Positions 31,665-42,512 are shown, counted from the stretch's first letter. The stretch is 64,000 nt of DNA from an uncultured Nitrospinota bacterium (GCA_963707985.1 CAVPRW010000037.1:64001-128000), one strand, 5' to 3'. Translations and numbers: made by a program. The notes: generated by a model not told the origin, from the sequence alone.

Positions 31665-32512
31665 ATGGATGAAGAACAGATAGATGAACCACGGGTCAGG
31701 GTATCAATCAACCTGTCAGCATTACAGGGGACTTTTTTCGTCCAGCTACAGCGATTACTCGATATCCTAGCTGTGCTGTAAGTTTAGCTGGCCTGGAGCA
31801 AGTCGATGACGTAGCGTATGCGGGTTTCTCGCCCTTTTTTACCCTCATACCGGCCCAGAACAAGCGTTTAACAAGGTTGTCCGCAGTGGCGGAAGCCCAG
31901 CGGTGGTACTTATGTACAGTTGTCCGAGATGCCGTCGAGTGCACGCATACCTTTCTTGAAGAATGCCGATTAGTATGTGCATTTTTCTCCCTCAGCGCTC
32001 GGGGTACTCCAAGCACGGGAGTCAATTACCACCGGATTGTCGGTGTAGAGGCCCAAAAATTCCCTAGTCTTGGCCTACCTGACAAACTCAAAAGACTACA
32101 AGAAGACTTTAGCGTCTCTTCTGAACTTGAGGCGCACGTTTTGAGTATTAACACGATGCGGAATTGTCTCGTACACCGCCTCGGGATTGTGGCTGATCGA
32201 GATGTAGACGCAAACGGCGAACTGGTGATCTTGTGGCGTAGTATCGACTTGGTGGCCCAGAGTCCCGACGGCATACAAGAGATAGCGCTGGATCAGGAAG
32301 CGAGAATCGAAGCAGGCTGGACAGTCATCGCGCTGGTAACAGATAAAAGCAAGGTGTTCCGCAAAGGAGAGCGTATTGAGCTGTCCTACGAGGAGATAAC
32401 TCACACCTTCTCTTCACTAATGAACTTTGCTACAACTCTGGGACAGTCGATTGAGGGATACGGTAAGCATATCGGCATAAGGATGCCCGATCCGCAAGCG
32501 CAAACCGCCTAA
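31665..32512 (+). CDS. HEPN-like protein (RNCLVH), cassette 3, frameshift near 31775
   Basis: ATG 31665 frame stops after 38 codons; second frame carries RxxxxH; stop lies inside the attC R'' box; lower GC. Confidence 0.65.
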
Positions 32513-32588
32513 CATCGGCCTGCAGCCGACACCCAACAGCCTCCGCTCGTATCTCGCTCCGGCCATTGGGTGCGGCTGAGGCCCAGCG
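32507..32588 (+). other. attC site 3, truncated at the crossover G
   Basis: GCCTAAC...CTGCAGCCG...CGGCTGAG...CAGCG, then ATCGAT where TTRRRY is expected. Confidence 0.85.
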
Positions 32589-32912
32589 ATCGATGAGCGG
32601 TACAAAGAACCGTCGCTCTCCCTGGAATCGACGGTTGCCGACTGGTATGACTGCAACGCTCCTGGTGAAGACGACCACTATACGCAACCGGGGAATCTCT
32701 TCCGCCACGTGCTGACTGAGACTGATCGACAGCACCTGATTCACAACATCGTGCTGTCGATGCAGGGGATGACCGGTCCCCAGCGTGGCGCGATCATCTC
32801 CCGCCAACTGTGCCACTTCTGCCGCGCTGACATGCAACTCGGTCTGGGCGTCGCCGTAGGATTGGGCCTTGATGTCGGCGGGCTTCTGCCGATAGCAGGG
32901 GATCGGGCCTAA
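32589..32912 (+). pseudogene. 3' fragment of a monofunctional heme catalase
   Basis: IDERYKEP...DDHYTQPGNLFR...RQLCHFCRAD..LG..VA.GLG. Confidence 0.85.
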
Positions 32913-33092
32913 GTCCTCGCTGGAGTCTCGTGTCCTGGAAAAGTCGAAACGAGCGCCACATCCCTGGGGATGATCACAACCCATCCAGGCAACATTCGTC
33001 ACCGGTGCGCTGGCGACGGGTGAGCGGCGTTTCCCTGCGCGACGGCTCCAGTGTGACACCGTATCCCCAGTTGGCGAATTTGAATATAAGTA

Positions 33093-34746
33093 ACTCGACT
33101 GTTGCAGTCCCTGAAAGCACGTAAAATCAGTTGGTTTGTCTCAGGGAGAGGCCACACGTCTCCCCGACCGTGGCTTGGATGTCCCCACGCCAGGCGGCTC
33201 CATGACCTTGAACAGCAGAGCATCAGGCCTCAAGACGCACACGCGGCCAGGAGGGGTGCCATGACCTCCTGAAGCGCCTGGCCTTGGGAGAGCCCCATGG
33301 CCATAAACGTTGCCCTGGTCCACCGCGCGTGCGCCTGAGTGTGACGACGCCAACTGCCTGCCGAACCGTCCAGCTTGGTCTGGACCTGGCGTTGGAGCTT
33401 CTGAAGCCGGGCCTCATCGTGCTGGGCCGCACGCCGTCAGCTAGAGGTGACGGCGACCAGGGCGGTCGGCCGGGCTATCGCCTCGAAGTCCCGCACGTGA
33501 TCCTGCTCGAGCCCATCCGCGTTGCCCTCGTCGTGAGAGACGTCAACGGGCCAGCGATGGCGTCGGATGCGCGTGCTCCCTCGGGCTTGCCACGTCAATT
33601 GGTTCGAGATGAAGGAGGTCGCGGCATCGGAGAGATCAGCCTGGCGAGGATGGCTGACCCAACGATGCGTGCCAACGTGATGGATGCGATGGGTGGTAGC
33701 AGAGCTGTCGGAGGTCTCTTGGTCGCCTGTGTCGGTGATTGCTCGTTGACGAAACACCGGGTGTCGGCCAGCGTTGATGGCGTGATGGGGTTCCTGTCGC
33801 AGAGGTGCGTCGAAGGCCTCGAAGCGTTGTGGACTCGGTTGTCACATCACCAGATCATCACGCGCAAGGGTCCCCACCTCAGGGATCTGCAGGGTTTTGT
33901 CGACAAACCGGCAACAGGCGGGCTGGGTAGACCCGTGGTCCACGGTGACCGGCCATGTGCCTTGCGGGTGAGCGTTGACGAACGCACGCAGGATGTGTGG
34001 CGCGACCAGCCATGTGCTTGGGGAGCGCGTGGCGACGTCTGGCGTATGCTGATGACGCCGCCAAAGACCACGTCACGAGTGCCGCCACGTTGTCGGAGCG
34101 TGGTCTGTGAGGCTCAACTGGCTTGGACGAATGGTCCTCCCAGCGGCCATGAGCCCGGTTCCGCGGGTTGCCAAATCGGCAGGCTCCCAAAGGCGGAAGT
34201 CGATGGGATACGCGGTGAGGTCATCACTGGCATGGCGAGGGACCAGATGGTGTGCCCAGACATCACACTGGTGGGCTGAATCCTAGAGAGAGGCCATCTT
34301 CTCGACGTGTTGGCCATCATGAGTCAATCACGTATCGTCGCGCGAGAGCCCCCCTTTTGGCTTCATCTGCGGACTCGGGAGCCGCGGCCAGCAGGCCAAA
34401 CGGCAGCGGGTTAACGCGCCGACAGCACAGGGGCGCTCGGTGCAGAGACGATTGAGGCGACGCTGCTGGCGCACATTGAGGACCAAGAGCCGCTTGATGC
34501 CATCGACGGTTGTCGGTTCCGAGACGATCCAGCCACTGAGCTAGCGCTGAAACGGCTCACAGGCCTTGGACGAACACACGGACGCACAAAACGGTGCAGC
34601 AGGCTGGACGATGTCTGGAATTTCACCCAGCGGGACCAGCACTCGACCTCCGGACACCATGACAGGTGGGTTCTTGGAGGTATGTTACCGTGTTATGCCC
34701 GCCAACAGAGGGGTCAAGCGCTATCAAACGGCTGCAAAACGCGAGT
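33093..34746 (-). mobile_element. Decayed IS701-family element
   Basis: Imperfect IRs ACTCGACTGTTGCAG / CTGCAAAACGCGAGT; AAGTA duplicated at 33088-33092 and 34747-34751; transposase relics EIPDIVQ...LSGWIVSE (GTG 34642) and RRHRWPV...GLEQDHVRDF. Confidence 0.82.
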
Positions 34747-35572
34747 AAGTAGATCTTAGAATATTACTACTCCTTCACATTTTGGGGCCGTGAAGGGCCT
34801 GGGGCAAGCTGCAGCAATACGTGGGCCCCCGGCCGTGACGCATGGTGGCGGACGCCTCCTGCAGCAAGGCCTCCGGCCACCACCCGCGAGCCCATCCTGT
34901 GGGTGAGCCCCCGACCTCCCCTTGGCGCCGATGGCCATGATCCCGCTCGATGCCGCACGGTTTCCCAGGGAGCTGACCCCGCGCGCTCAGAAGCCGTACG
35001 GTGGACTGGCCGAGGATCAGTGCTCCACACGGCTGGCCAGCCATCGGTCTGTCCATCTGGCCTTGACCGCCTCCTGTCTGTGGCCGCTCACCCTGCTCCA
35101 GTATCCGCTAGGCCCCCTGGCCGACCGCCACGCCCGCCAGTCCCGTGGGTGCGCTGACGCCCCTGAGTTGCCAGCAACTCCACCGCGCGCTCCGGCGGTT
35201 CGTGCTGCAGCGGATTTTCGCTCCTTCCGCTATGGGCGCGGACTGCCACCCAATCGAGCTCAGCGATGAGCAGATCGTTTGTCTCGCCACGTGACAGGCA
35301 AATCTCCTCCCGCCGTCCCGCTCAGCGGGCGAAGCCAATCTCTGTAAAAGTATAGTCAATATATCAAGATATCAGGAGGATCTTAGCCCCCTTGCGGAAG
35401 GGTGAGGAGACAGTGCACAAAGTAGACTTTCGGCACTCATGTCAAAAGCTGGGCATAGAATAGATCATCCCACTTCATCCATATGAGTGCCTGCCTATCA
35501 ACGCGCTAGAAGCCTTCTCTGGAATTTTGCACGGATAGTTCTCGATCCCCTGAACGGCGCACGGCGTACGGT

Positions 35573-37180
35573 TCAGGGGACCCGAAAGCGCAGCAGACGC
35601 TGGTTATTTTCGCTCACCGCGTCGGACGATGACCCGGTGGGGATGAGCGTGAGGTTCACCATATACTCGCGTCCGGCGACGAAGGTGAAGCTCGCGGACG
35701 TGGTCGCACCCACACCGCTCGCCAGCGCATAAGGGTACGCCGTGACGAGGTCGGTGGTATACGGTGACCCGCTGCCCGTGACCCGCGACGAGACGACGAG
35801 GTTGACCTGCGCGCTCTCCGTCGAGTTGCCGTCGAAGTTCTGCACACGCCAGATGACGCTCCGCGTGCCGGCGTACAGGGTCTCGTACGCAACGCCTGTG
35901 CCGACGAGGTCGCTCATGGTACCGGTGGCGTCGGCGCCGGTGGCGATCTTCGCGCCGGTGAAGCCGAAGTCCGACGCACACGTATTGTCGGGCATCAGTG
36001 TGGTGGGGTCGATGTGGCACCACGGCGAGCGCGCCTGCGCGACGAGGTAGTGGAAGCTTTCGAACACGCCGTTCCACGTGTCGGTGAAGAAGTCCCCATC
36101 GCTCGGGTGAAAGGCGTTGCTGCCATCGGTCGACGACCACTGGTAGGGCGCCCCGCCGTAGGTCTCAACCGGGAGTTCGAGCATGAACGCGATCACGCCG
36201 CGCCGGGTGCTGTGATCGGGCTGGAAGGCGGTCTGCGACGGCTGCGCCATCCACGCTGAGAACTGCCCGACGCCCGAGCCCCCGGGCGAGGTGCCGGTGA
36301 GTTCGACGGCTGTGGGGGCATTTGCGTTCCAGACCGCGCGCATCTCGTCGCGGATCGCAACGGCCGCGGTCACGCCTCCGAGCGGCGTCCCCATTGATTG
36401 GCCGTTGCTGTGCACCGAGACCGACATGGAGATCATGCGGTTGTTCACAAAGCGCCGTAGGTGCCGCGCCTCCGCCGCGTGGAACGGGTACTCGCCCGCG
36501 TACTGGTTGTCGAGACAGTCGGCCTCGTCGCCGGTGCTGAAGCCTGGCCCTGCCCACCCCGCGGAGAAGCTCCGCGCGAGGTCGATGCCCAGCCCCTGGT
36601 TGTTTGGTGCGCCGACGCACGTGAACGGCTGCACGTTGGTGCGCCACCCCGACCCATCGGAGCCGTGCGGGTGGTAGAAGGTAGAGGTCCAGTAGAACCG
36701 CGGGTCGCCGCCGCTGCCGTCGTCCTGCACGCGGCCGTCGGGGTTGACCATCGGCACCACCCACACAGTCGCGTGCTCGAGCAGCTCATTGACGCGCGAG
36801 GGCGTGAACAGAAACCCTAGCGCGAACGACTGCAGGTACCACAGGCACATCTCCGAAGAAGCCCACTCGCGCGCGTGCATCCCACACTCGAATAGCACCG
36901 CGGGGCGGTCGCCGGGATCATCAATGCCTGAAAGCGATTGCGCGGCGAGGCGAACCGCACGAATCGGGCGTCCCTGGTACGACGCCCCCACAGTGAACAC
37001 GCGCATGCGCCCGCCGCCCATGCCGTCGAGGGCGAGGATCGCGGCGTCGAGCTCTGCCTGGTCATGATAGTCCGCGAGCTGCGCCTGCGCCTTCGTGCAG
37101 GCACACATGACCGCGATGACGAACACAATGCCGACGCGGCGCGACCTGTTGGCTGTCTTCCGATCTCGAGGTCCACTCAT
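35573..37180 (-). CDS. Secreted M14 zinc carboxypeptidase with C-terminal beta-rich domain
   Basis: Signal peptide, HARE, PMVNPDG, SVHS and LELP. Confidence 0.9.
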   Translation of the reverse strand: MSGPRDRKTANRSRRVGIVFVIAVMCACTKAQAQLADYHDQAELDAAILALDGMGGGRMRVFTVGASYQGRPIRAVRLAAQSLSGIDDPGDRPAVLFECGMHAREWASSEMCLWYLQSFALGFLFTPSRVNELLEHATVWVVPMVNPDGRVQDDGSGGDPRFYWTSTFYHPHGSDGSGWRTNVQPFTCVGAPNNQGLGIDLARSFSAGWAGPGFSTGDEADCLDNQYAGEYPFHAAEARHLRRFVNNRMISMSVSVHSNGQSMGTPLGGVTAAVAIRDEMRAVWNANAPTAVELTGTSPGGSGVGQFSAWMAQPSQTAFQPDHSTRRGVIAFMLELPVETYGGAPYQWSSTDGSNAFHPSDGDFFTDTWNGVFESFHYLVAQARSPWCHIDPTTLMPDNTCASDFGFTGAKIATGADATGTMSDLVGTGVAYETLYAGTRSVIWRVQNFDGNSTESAQVNLVVSSRVTGSGSPYTTDLVTAYPYALASGVGATTSASFTFVAGREYMVNLTLIPTGSSSDAVSENNQRLLRFRVP

Positions 37181-37413
37181 GGGCACTCCCCCGCCTCCAC
37201 TATGGACACGCCGCGAGCACGGTCCGAGCTGCCAACAGGACCGCTGCACACAAGAACAGCCTCTCCATAGGTCGTCCTTCTTCTGCTGGTCTGGCCGGCT
37301 GAATGGTACTTCTGCAACTTCGGCACCGGATATGCTCCCCCAGGAGTGAAATCGCCGATGCTCATGGCCTTGACCACGACCTTCTCATGGACTCGTCCCT
37401 CCCGTTATCCCGA

Positions 37414-38658
37414 TCAGCGCTGCTGTGCGGTGCCTGTGTCGCGGACACGGTCAGGCGGGGCAGTGTCGTCGTCGCGGGTGAGGCGCGAGCGGATGCCGGG
37501 CTCGCTGGCAGGCGGGCCGTAGGTGGTGAATTTCCCGCTCGCGGGCTGCTCGGTCCAGCGGCGCGACGCGGTGAGTAGCACCTGAGCCTCTCCGACGGAG
37601 AGCCAGTGAGGCTCAGGCTTGAGCATGCGCAGGTAGCGAGGGCCGTTTGGAGCGTTGGCGTCGAGAGCGTATTCCACCCACGAGTAGAGCGTGTTCTCGA
37701 TAACCTGCACGACGCGGCGAACCGGGGGGACGCGGCGTTGGGGGATGGGCTCGACGATACGCAGGTCCTGAATGCTCAAGAGTTCGGTGCGGTGCCCGTT
37801 AAAGTAGATGTTCAGCTCGTTCCAGGTTATGCGGACGAACTCAACGCACCCCGCGGCAAGCTTCTCGTCAGGGGTCGGCTCCCACGCGAGCCAGCTCAGG
37901 ATGAGGTTCTCGTTCTGCCACACGAGGCGGGGACCGAGGCCGTTGCAATCGGTGGAGTGACCGCGGTTGACCGCGATCAGGCGCCGCTCGTCGGGCGATT
38001 GGTACTCCCACACGGGCGCGCCGCTGGCGCCGTTGGTGGAGCGCACATCGTAGGTGAGCTTGCGATCGGTGGTGGCGGTGACGTCGCCAGCGCCGCGCCA
38101 CTGATCACGCGTGCGCGACGTGTCGGTGAGGTCCTCAGTGGGATAGCCCGACATGTTCACGAAGCCTGACTCGTAGTCAAAGACGAGAGGGATGTAGGTC
38201 GTGAGCTCCTCGAACGGGCACACGAAGCCGAGGGAGCCATAGTCGACCTCGGACTCGGGCGAGTAGCTTGGGTCGGTCCACTTCGTGTTGGTGTGCTTCT
38301 CGCTCGCGATGCGGGTGCCGAAGGGATAGACGGTGGCATTAGTGTCGTCCTGGTACATCGCCGGTGCGATGTAGATGTCGTCGTCGTTCCAGGCACCGTT
38401 GTCTCGATCGTACACACAGTGGCCGCAAGTCAGGACCATGTGGGGCCCGACTACGGTGCCGCTGCCACGCCCTTCGAAGTCGCCGTTGTAGTCATTGTCG
38501 TAGCGCAGGGCTGCGGTGGTCTCGAAGGGGAAGTGCACGGGGTTGTCGATGGCGATGCGATCGTCGCAGGCCGGCGCGGCCTGGGCGGTTGTGGTCGGGG
38601 TCGTGGCAACGGCGACGGCGACCACAGCGAAGGTCAAGGTGAAAGCGCTGCGGGACAT
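37414..38658 (-). CDS. Secreted V8/glutamyl-endopeptidase-like serine protease with C-terminal extension
   Basis: Signal peptide, VLTCGHC, VDYG, SGYP and GASG triad. Confidence 0.9.
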   Translation of the reverse strand: MSRSAFTLTFAVVAVAVATTPTTTAQAAPACDDRIAIDNPVHFPFETTAALRYDNDYNGDFEGRGSGTVVGPHMVLTCGHCVYDRDNGAWNDDDIYIAPAMYQDDTNATVYPFGTRIASEKHTNTKWTDPSYSPESEVDYGSLGFVCPFEELTTYIPLVFDYESGFVNMSGYPTEDLTDTSRTRDQWRGAGDVTATTDRKLTYDVRSTNGASGAPVWEYQSPDERRLIAVNRGHSTDCNGLGPRLVWQNENLILSWLAWEPTPDEKLAAGCVEFVRITWNELNIYFNGHRTELLSIQDLRIVEPIPQRRVPPVRRVVQVIENTLYSWVEYALDANAPNGPRYLRMLKPEPHWLSVGEAQVLLTASRRWTEQPASGKFTTYGPPASEPGIRSRLTRDDDTAPPDRVRDTGTAQQR

Positions 38659-39471
38659 GAATGCTCCCATGGGTGTCGTCCGCGTCACGACGGATCGGAA
38701 TTTCAACCGCACTTTTTCCTCCGCCAGCGCGGTAGCCCCCCTCAAGACGTCTATCTCCTTTCCAAAGCGCCAGCCGTGACGTTCAGTAGGAGTGTTACGG
38801 CTAGCAGGAGCCATGGCCCACCACGTCGCACGTGAGTGCTTAGTGAAGATACTGTCGGGCTCTTGCCATTGTACGTAGGTGTCATCGTTTCTCCTGTTGT
38901 GAGTAGACAACAACCTCCTTTCTATGCGTGGACAATGGTGCCACATTTATTGGATATTTGAGCCATATTTAACTAGACGTTTTGATAGGACGTTTACTCA
39001 ATAACTTGGTCAAACCGCATCGGGGCTCCCTCCATCGAGGTCTCCACCAGTTCGGCGAACTAGTATTGCTTCCCAGCACGGTGCTTGCGCGCGTACGCGG
39101 GCACTGATTGATGAGATCACTAATCGTCGTCATTCGCCAATTTATTGTCCATCGATGACGTGTTCTCGACCCTTCTGAGCCTACCCTGAAGCAAGCACTT
39201 TTCCGACCAGGCCTCTAGGAATTCGATCCTTGAAGTATTGATTATATTTGACAAATAAATGAGCAAGTCAAATCAGTTGGTGTGTAGGAGTGCACAGGAA
39301 TGAACTGATAGGTGCTGGGAACGTACAATTTTTTGTGTATTCTTACAGGTTTGAATGATCTACTTAGATGTACACAGACTGGTTGATTCCACTCAGTAAT
39401 TAGGGCCTATGTTGCGGTTCAATAGAAATGGGTCCTTTATTAAGGGTGCTAAGTGGTTGGGTAAGGAGGGG

Positions 39472-39560
39472 GCACGCCGGTACAGGCGTGAGGCATAGAG
39501 GGTGAAAGTCCCTCGACCACAATTGTCCATTCAGGGGTCTAGCAGAGGGTCGGGTTTACG
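39472..39560 (+). mobile_element. Probable group II intron 5' (domain I) remnant
   Basis: GCACGCCGGTACAGGCGTG...GAGGGTGAAAGTCCCTC resembles GTGCG...GGTGAAAGTCC intron starts; no RT ORF. Confidence 0.45.
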
Positions 39561-40023
39561 AAGTTATCCATCGGCCCAAGTGACCTTGCATCGTCTCTGC
39601 AAAGCAGCGGGCTACAACACCAGTGAACCCACATGAGCCTCGTGATACCGACATGCACCTGCCGGTTGTCTCATCCCACTGGGAAAGCTGACAGGGGGCA
39701 AGAACTAAAAGCGCAAAATTCCAGTATATAATTTCAAGAATAGTCATCCTGCCAGAATCCAAACGCTCAGCACCGTGTTGACACGATCCCGACAAGACGG
39801 CCGGTTGCGAACGGGAGCTGGTGACGGGCAACTTGGGACACCGCGCTCTCGCCATGGGAATTGCTGGCTCCCCGTGGCTTGACACGCCAGTATACATTGA
39901 CACCGCCCGCACATCCCTTGTACCATCTGGGCTCAACCCCGTGCTATCGTTTGTCCCCAGATTGTGACACCCATTTCTGGTGCCGGGTCGCCACCGCGCC
40001 AGCTGGGCCTGAAGGAGGTTTGC

Positions 40024-40560
40024 ATGAGCAGTCACACCAACTGGCCCGCGAGGTTCGCCGAGATGCTCGACCTCGTGGGCCTCTCAGAAGAGGACCGGCA
40101 GCTGATCAAGGCAAGTAGCGCACTCATCATGCCGCACGCCGGACGCCTGAACGATATTGTCTATGAGCAGCTCTTACAGCACCCGCAGTCTCGGAAGTTT
40201 TTTGTCACAGCCGACGATAAGCCAGACGCGAAGCGGATCGAGGACAATAAGCAGACGATGATCACCTGGTTGCGGGCGACGGCCACGGCTCCCCTGAACG
40301 AGGGTTTTGTGCGTTACCTGGTGGGTATTAGTCAAATGCATCGCAATATACCCATCCATCGGCCGCATCTATCGCCGGTGGCGCCGCGTTATTTCATCGG
40401 CACGATTTCGTTCTATCAGACCGCAATCGCCGACATTCTGCAGCAACAGATGCCGGATCCCGCCCTGGCATCTCGCACCAGTGTGGCCTGGAATAAATGG
40501 CTGATGGTGGGGCTGGAGATGCTGCTAGCGGGGTACCTGGCGCACGATGGGGACGACTGA
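40024..40560 (+). CDS. Stand-alone protoglobin/sensor-globin domain protein
   Basis: VGLSEED..LI, VYEQLL.HP...FF and candidate proximal His in GISQMH. Confidence 0.8.
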   Translation: MSSHTNWPARFAEMLDLVGLSEEDRQLIKASSALIMPHAGRLNDIVYEQLLQHPQSRKFFVTADDKPDAKRIEDNKQTMITWLRATATAPLNEGFVRYLVGISQMHRNIPIHRPHLSPVAPRYFIGTISFYQTAIADILQQQMPDPALASRTSVAWNKWLMVGLEMLLAGYLAHDGDD

Positions 40561-40694
40561 TACCGACGTGACCTATTGGGCATTGTCGGAGTTTCTTGCT
40601 CGCCGCACAGTTTTAGGATAACATAGCACCCCGCTGCGATAGGAGACGTGCGGCAAGTTATCTCGCCAATCCCTGTCGAATGGAGGAAGTTGCC

Positions 40695-41321
40695 ATGTTC
40701 TACGAAGTGCGAACCTATACGTTTCGACCCGGTACCCTGGCTGAGTTCGAGGAACGCTATGCCAAACGCTTGCCCCTACGCGAGAAGCACTCCAAACTGG
40801 GGGCCTTCTGGCATACGGAGGTAGGGCCACTGAACCAGGCCATCCATGTCTATCCCTATGAGAGCCTGGAGCAACGCACAGCCGTACGCGAAGCCATGGC
40901 CAAAGATACCGCACTAGCCCAACTTCCCGGCGGGCGAGACCTGATCGTGGCCCAAGAAGCCGAGATCGTGGTCCCAGCACCATTTATGCATCCCCTGGGC
41001 AGCCGGGACTATGGCACCGGGAACGTTTACGAAATGCGCATCTACACCTATGCCGCCGGCGACATCCCGAAGGTGCTGGATGCTTGGGGTAAAGCCATCG
41101 AGGCACGCGAGAAGTTCTCGCCCCTGGCGGCCTGCTGGACGAATGAGCTCGGCGCGCTGAATAGATTCTGGCACGTCTGGGTTTACAAAGACCTGAACGA
41201 ACGCGCCCGCATCCGTACAGAAACCCGCACGACTGGGGCTTGGCCACCACAGAGTGGCGTGCGTCCAATCCGCCAGGAAAACAGAATCCTGGTGGCGGCG
41301 CCCTTCTCGCCTGTGCGCTAG
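40695..41321 (+). CDS. Tandem NIPSNAP protein
   Basis: YEVRTY and YEMRIY repeats, G.LN...H. Confidence 0.92.
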   Translation: MFYEVRTYTFRPGTLAEFEERYAKRLPLREKHSKLGAFWHTEVGPLNQAIHVYPYESLEQRTAVREAMAKDTALAQLPGGRDLIVAQEAEIVVPAPFMHPLGSRDYGTGNVYEMRIYTYAAGDIPKVLDAWGKAIEAREKFSPLAACWTNELGALNRFWHVWVYKDLNERARIRTETRTTGAWPPQSGVRPIRQENRILVAAPFSPVR

Positions 41322-41720
41322 TCATCTGATGTGAGCTTCCATGCATTTGTCTGCCTGGACGGGTCTGGCCATTGGGTCAGGCATCCCGCCCAGGCAGCCT
41401 CCGATGCCTGGCGCTGGGCTCGACTTCATCCGCAACGTCTCAGGACCCGCCATCAAAACCTCCAGAGCATCGAGTTTTTGCCCTAGGCACACTACCTCGG
41501 CAATCGATCAGGGCTGCCCTGATCGGAGCAGAGGTTCTCCCCGATCACGACCAACTGTTGTGCATCGTCGTGCGACCTATGGTCCTGAGAGAGGGTTTCG
41601 GCTACAATAGGCGCTCTATCGTTCCCGCGTTTTCAGGAACAAATCAGGCCGGTGGTCAATACCGCCCAGAGCCTATAGGGATATTCGATCGCGTAGACTG
41701 AGAGAGGAGAGGTTTGCCAT

Positions 41721-42512
41721 ATGGACTTGCAACTGACAGATAAGGTGGCCATCATTGGCGGCGCGAGCAAGGGGTTGGGGAGGGCATGTGCGGAAGTGCT
41801 GGCGCAAGAAGGGGTGAAGGTCGCGATCTGCAGCCGGACCAAAGCTGATCTGGAAAAAGCTGCGCAGGAGATTCGTGACACGACCGGTGCAGAGGTCCTA
41901 GTATTTGCTGGTGATCTCGATCAATACCAGACGATTCGTGACCTGATTACTACCACGGTCGACCGCTTTGGTCGTCTCGACATCCTGGTCAACAATTCCG
42001 GCGGCCCACCACTCGCCAGAGCCTACAACGCGACGGAGGAGCAGTGGGCAGTTGCGGTGCAGCGCTCCCTGCTATTCTTTGCCCGCATGTCCAGGGAGGC
42101 GCTTCCCCATCTTCAGAACCAGCATGGTGGCCGCATTATCAATATTCTGGCCAGCACCGTCTATCAGCCCATCCCCAATCTGGCCCTGTCGGGTGCCACC
42201 CGTATGGGCGTGGTCGCGTTCGCCAAGAGCCTTGCCGATGAGGTCGGTCGCGATGGTATCCTGGTCAATAACGTCTGCCCTGGCTCCATTTTGACCGAGC
42301 GCATGCTCTCCAACGTCACAGCCCGCGCCAAGGAACTGGGTATCACCGTGGAGGAAGGGCTGGCTCAGCGTGCCGCCGAGACCGCCGTCGGTCGCATCGG
42401 GGAACCTGCTGAACTGGCTTACCTGGTGGCATTCCTGGCGTCAGGTAAGTCCAGTTATATGACCGGCACTACCATCCTGGTTGATGGTGGCCTGGTGCGT
42501 TCAGTGTTATAG
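41721..42512 (+). CDS. SDR family oxidoreductase
   Basis: GASKGLG, LVNNSG and VDGG. Confidence 0.93.
   Translation: MDLQLTDKVAIIGGASKGLGRACAEVLAQEGVKVAICSRTKADLEKAAQEIRDTTGAEVLVFAGDLDQYQTIRDLITTTVDRFGRLDILVNNSGGPPLARAYNATEEQWAVAVQRSLLFFARMSREALPHLQNQHGGRIINILASTVYQPIPNLALSGATRMGVVAFAKSLADEVGRDGILVNNVCPGSILTERMLSNVTARAKELGITVEEGLAQRAAETAVGRIGEPAELAYLVAFLASGKSSYMTGTTILVDGGLVRSVL

Noticed and set aside
33284..34279. 331-aa plus-strand ORF
   Set aside because: Antisense shadow of the IS701 transposase relic
34756..35160. Possible transposase or intron RT 3' relic
   Set aside because: Looks like decayed mobile DNA, but I could not read a convincing motif, domain V or paired ends
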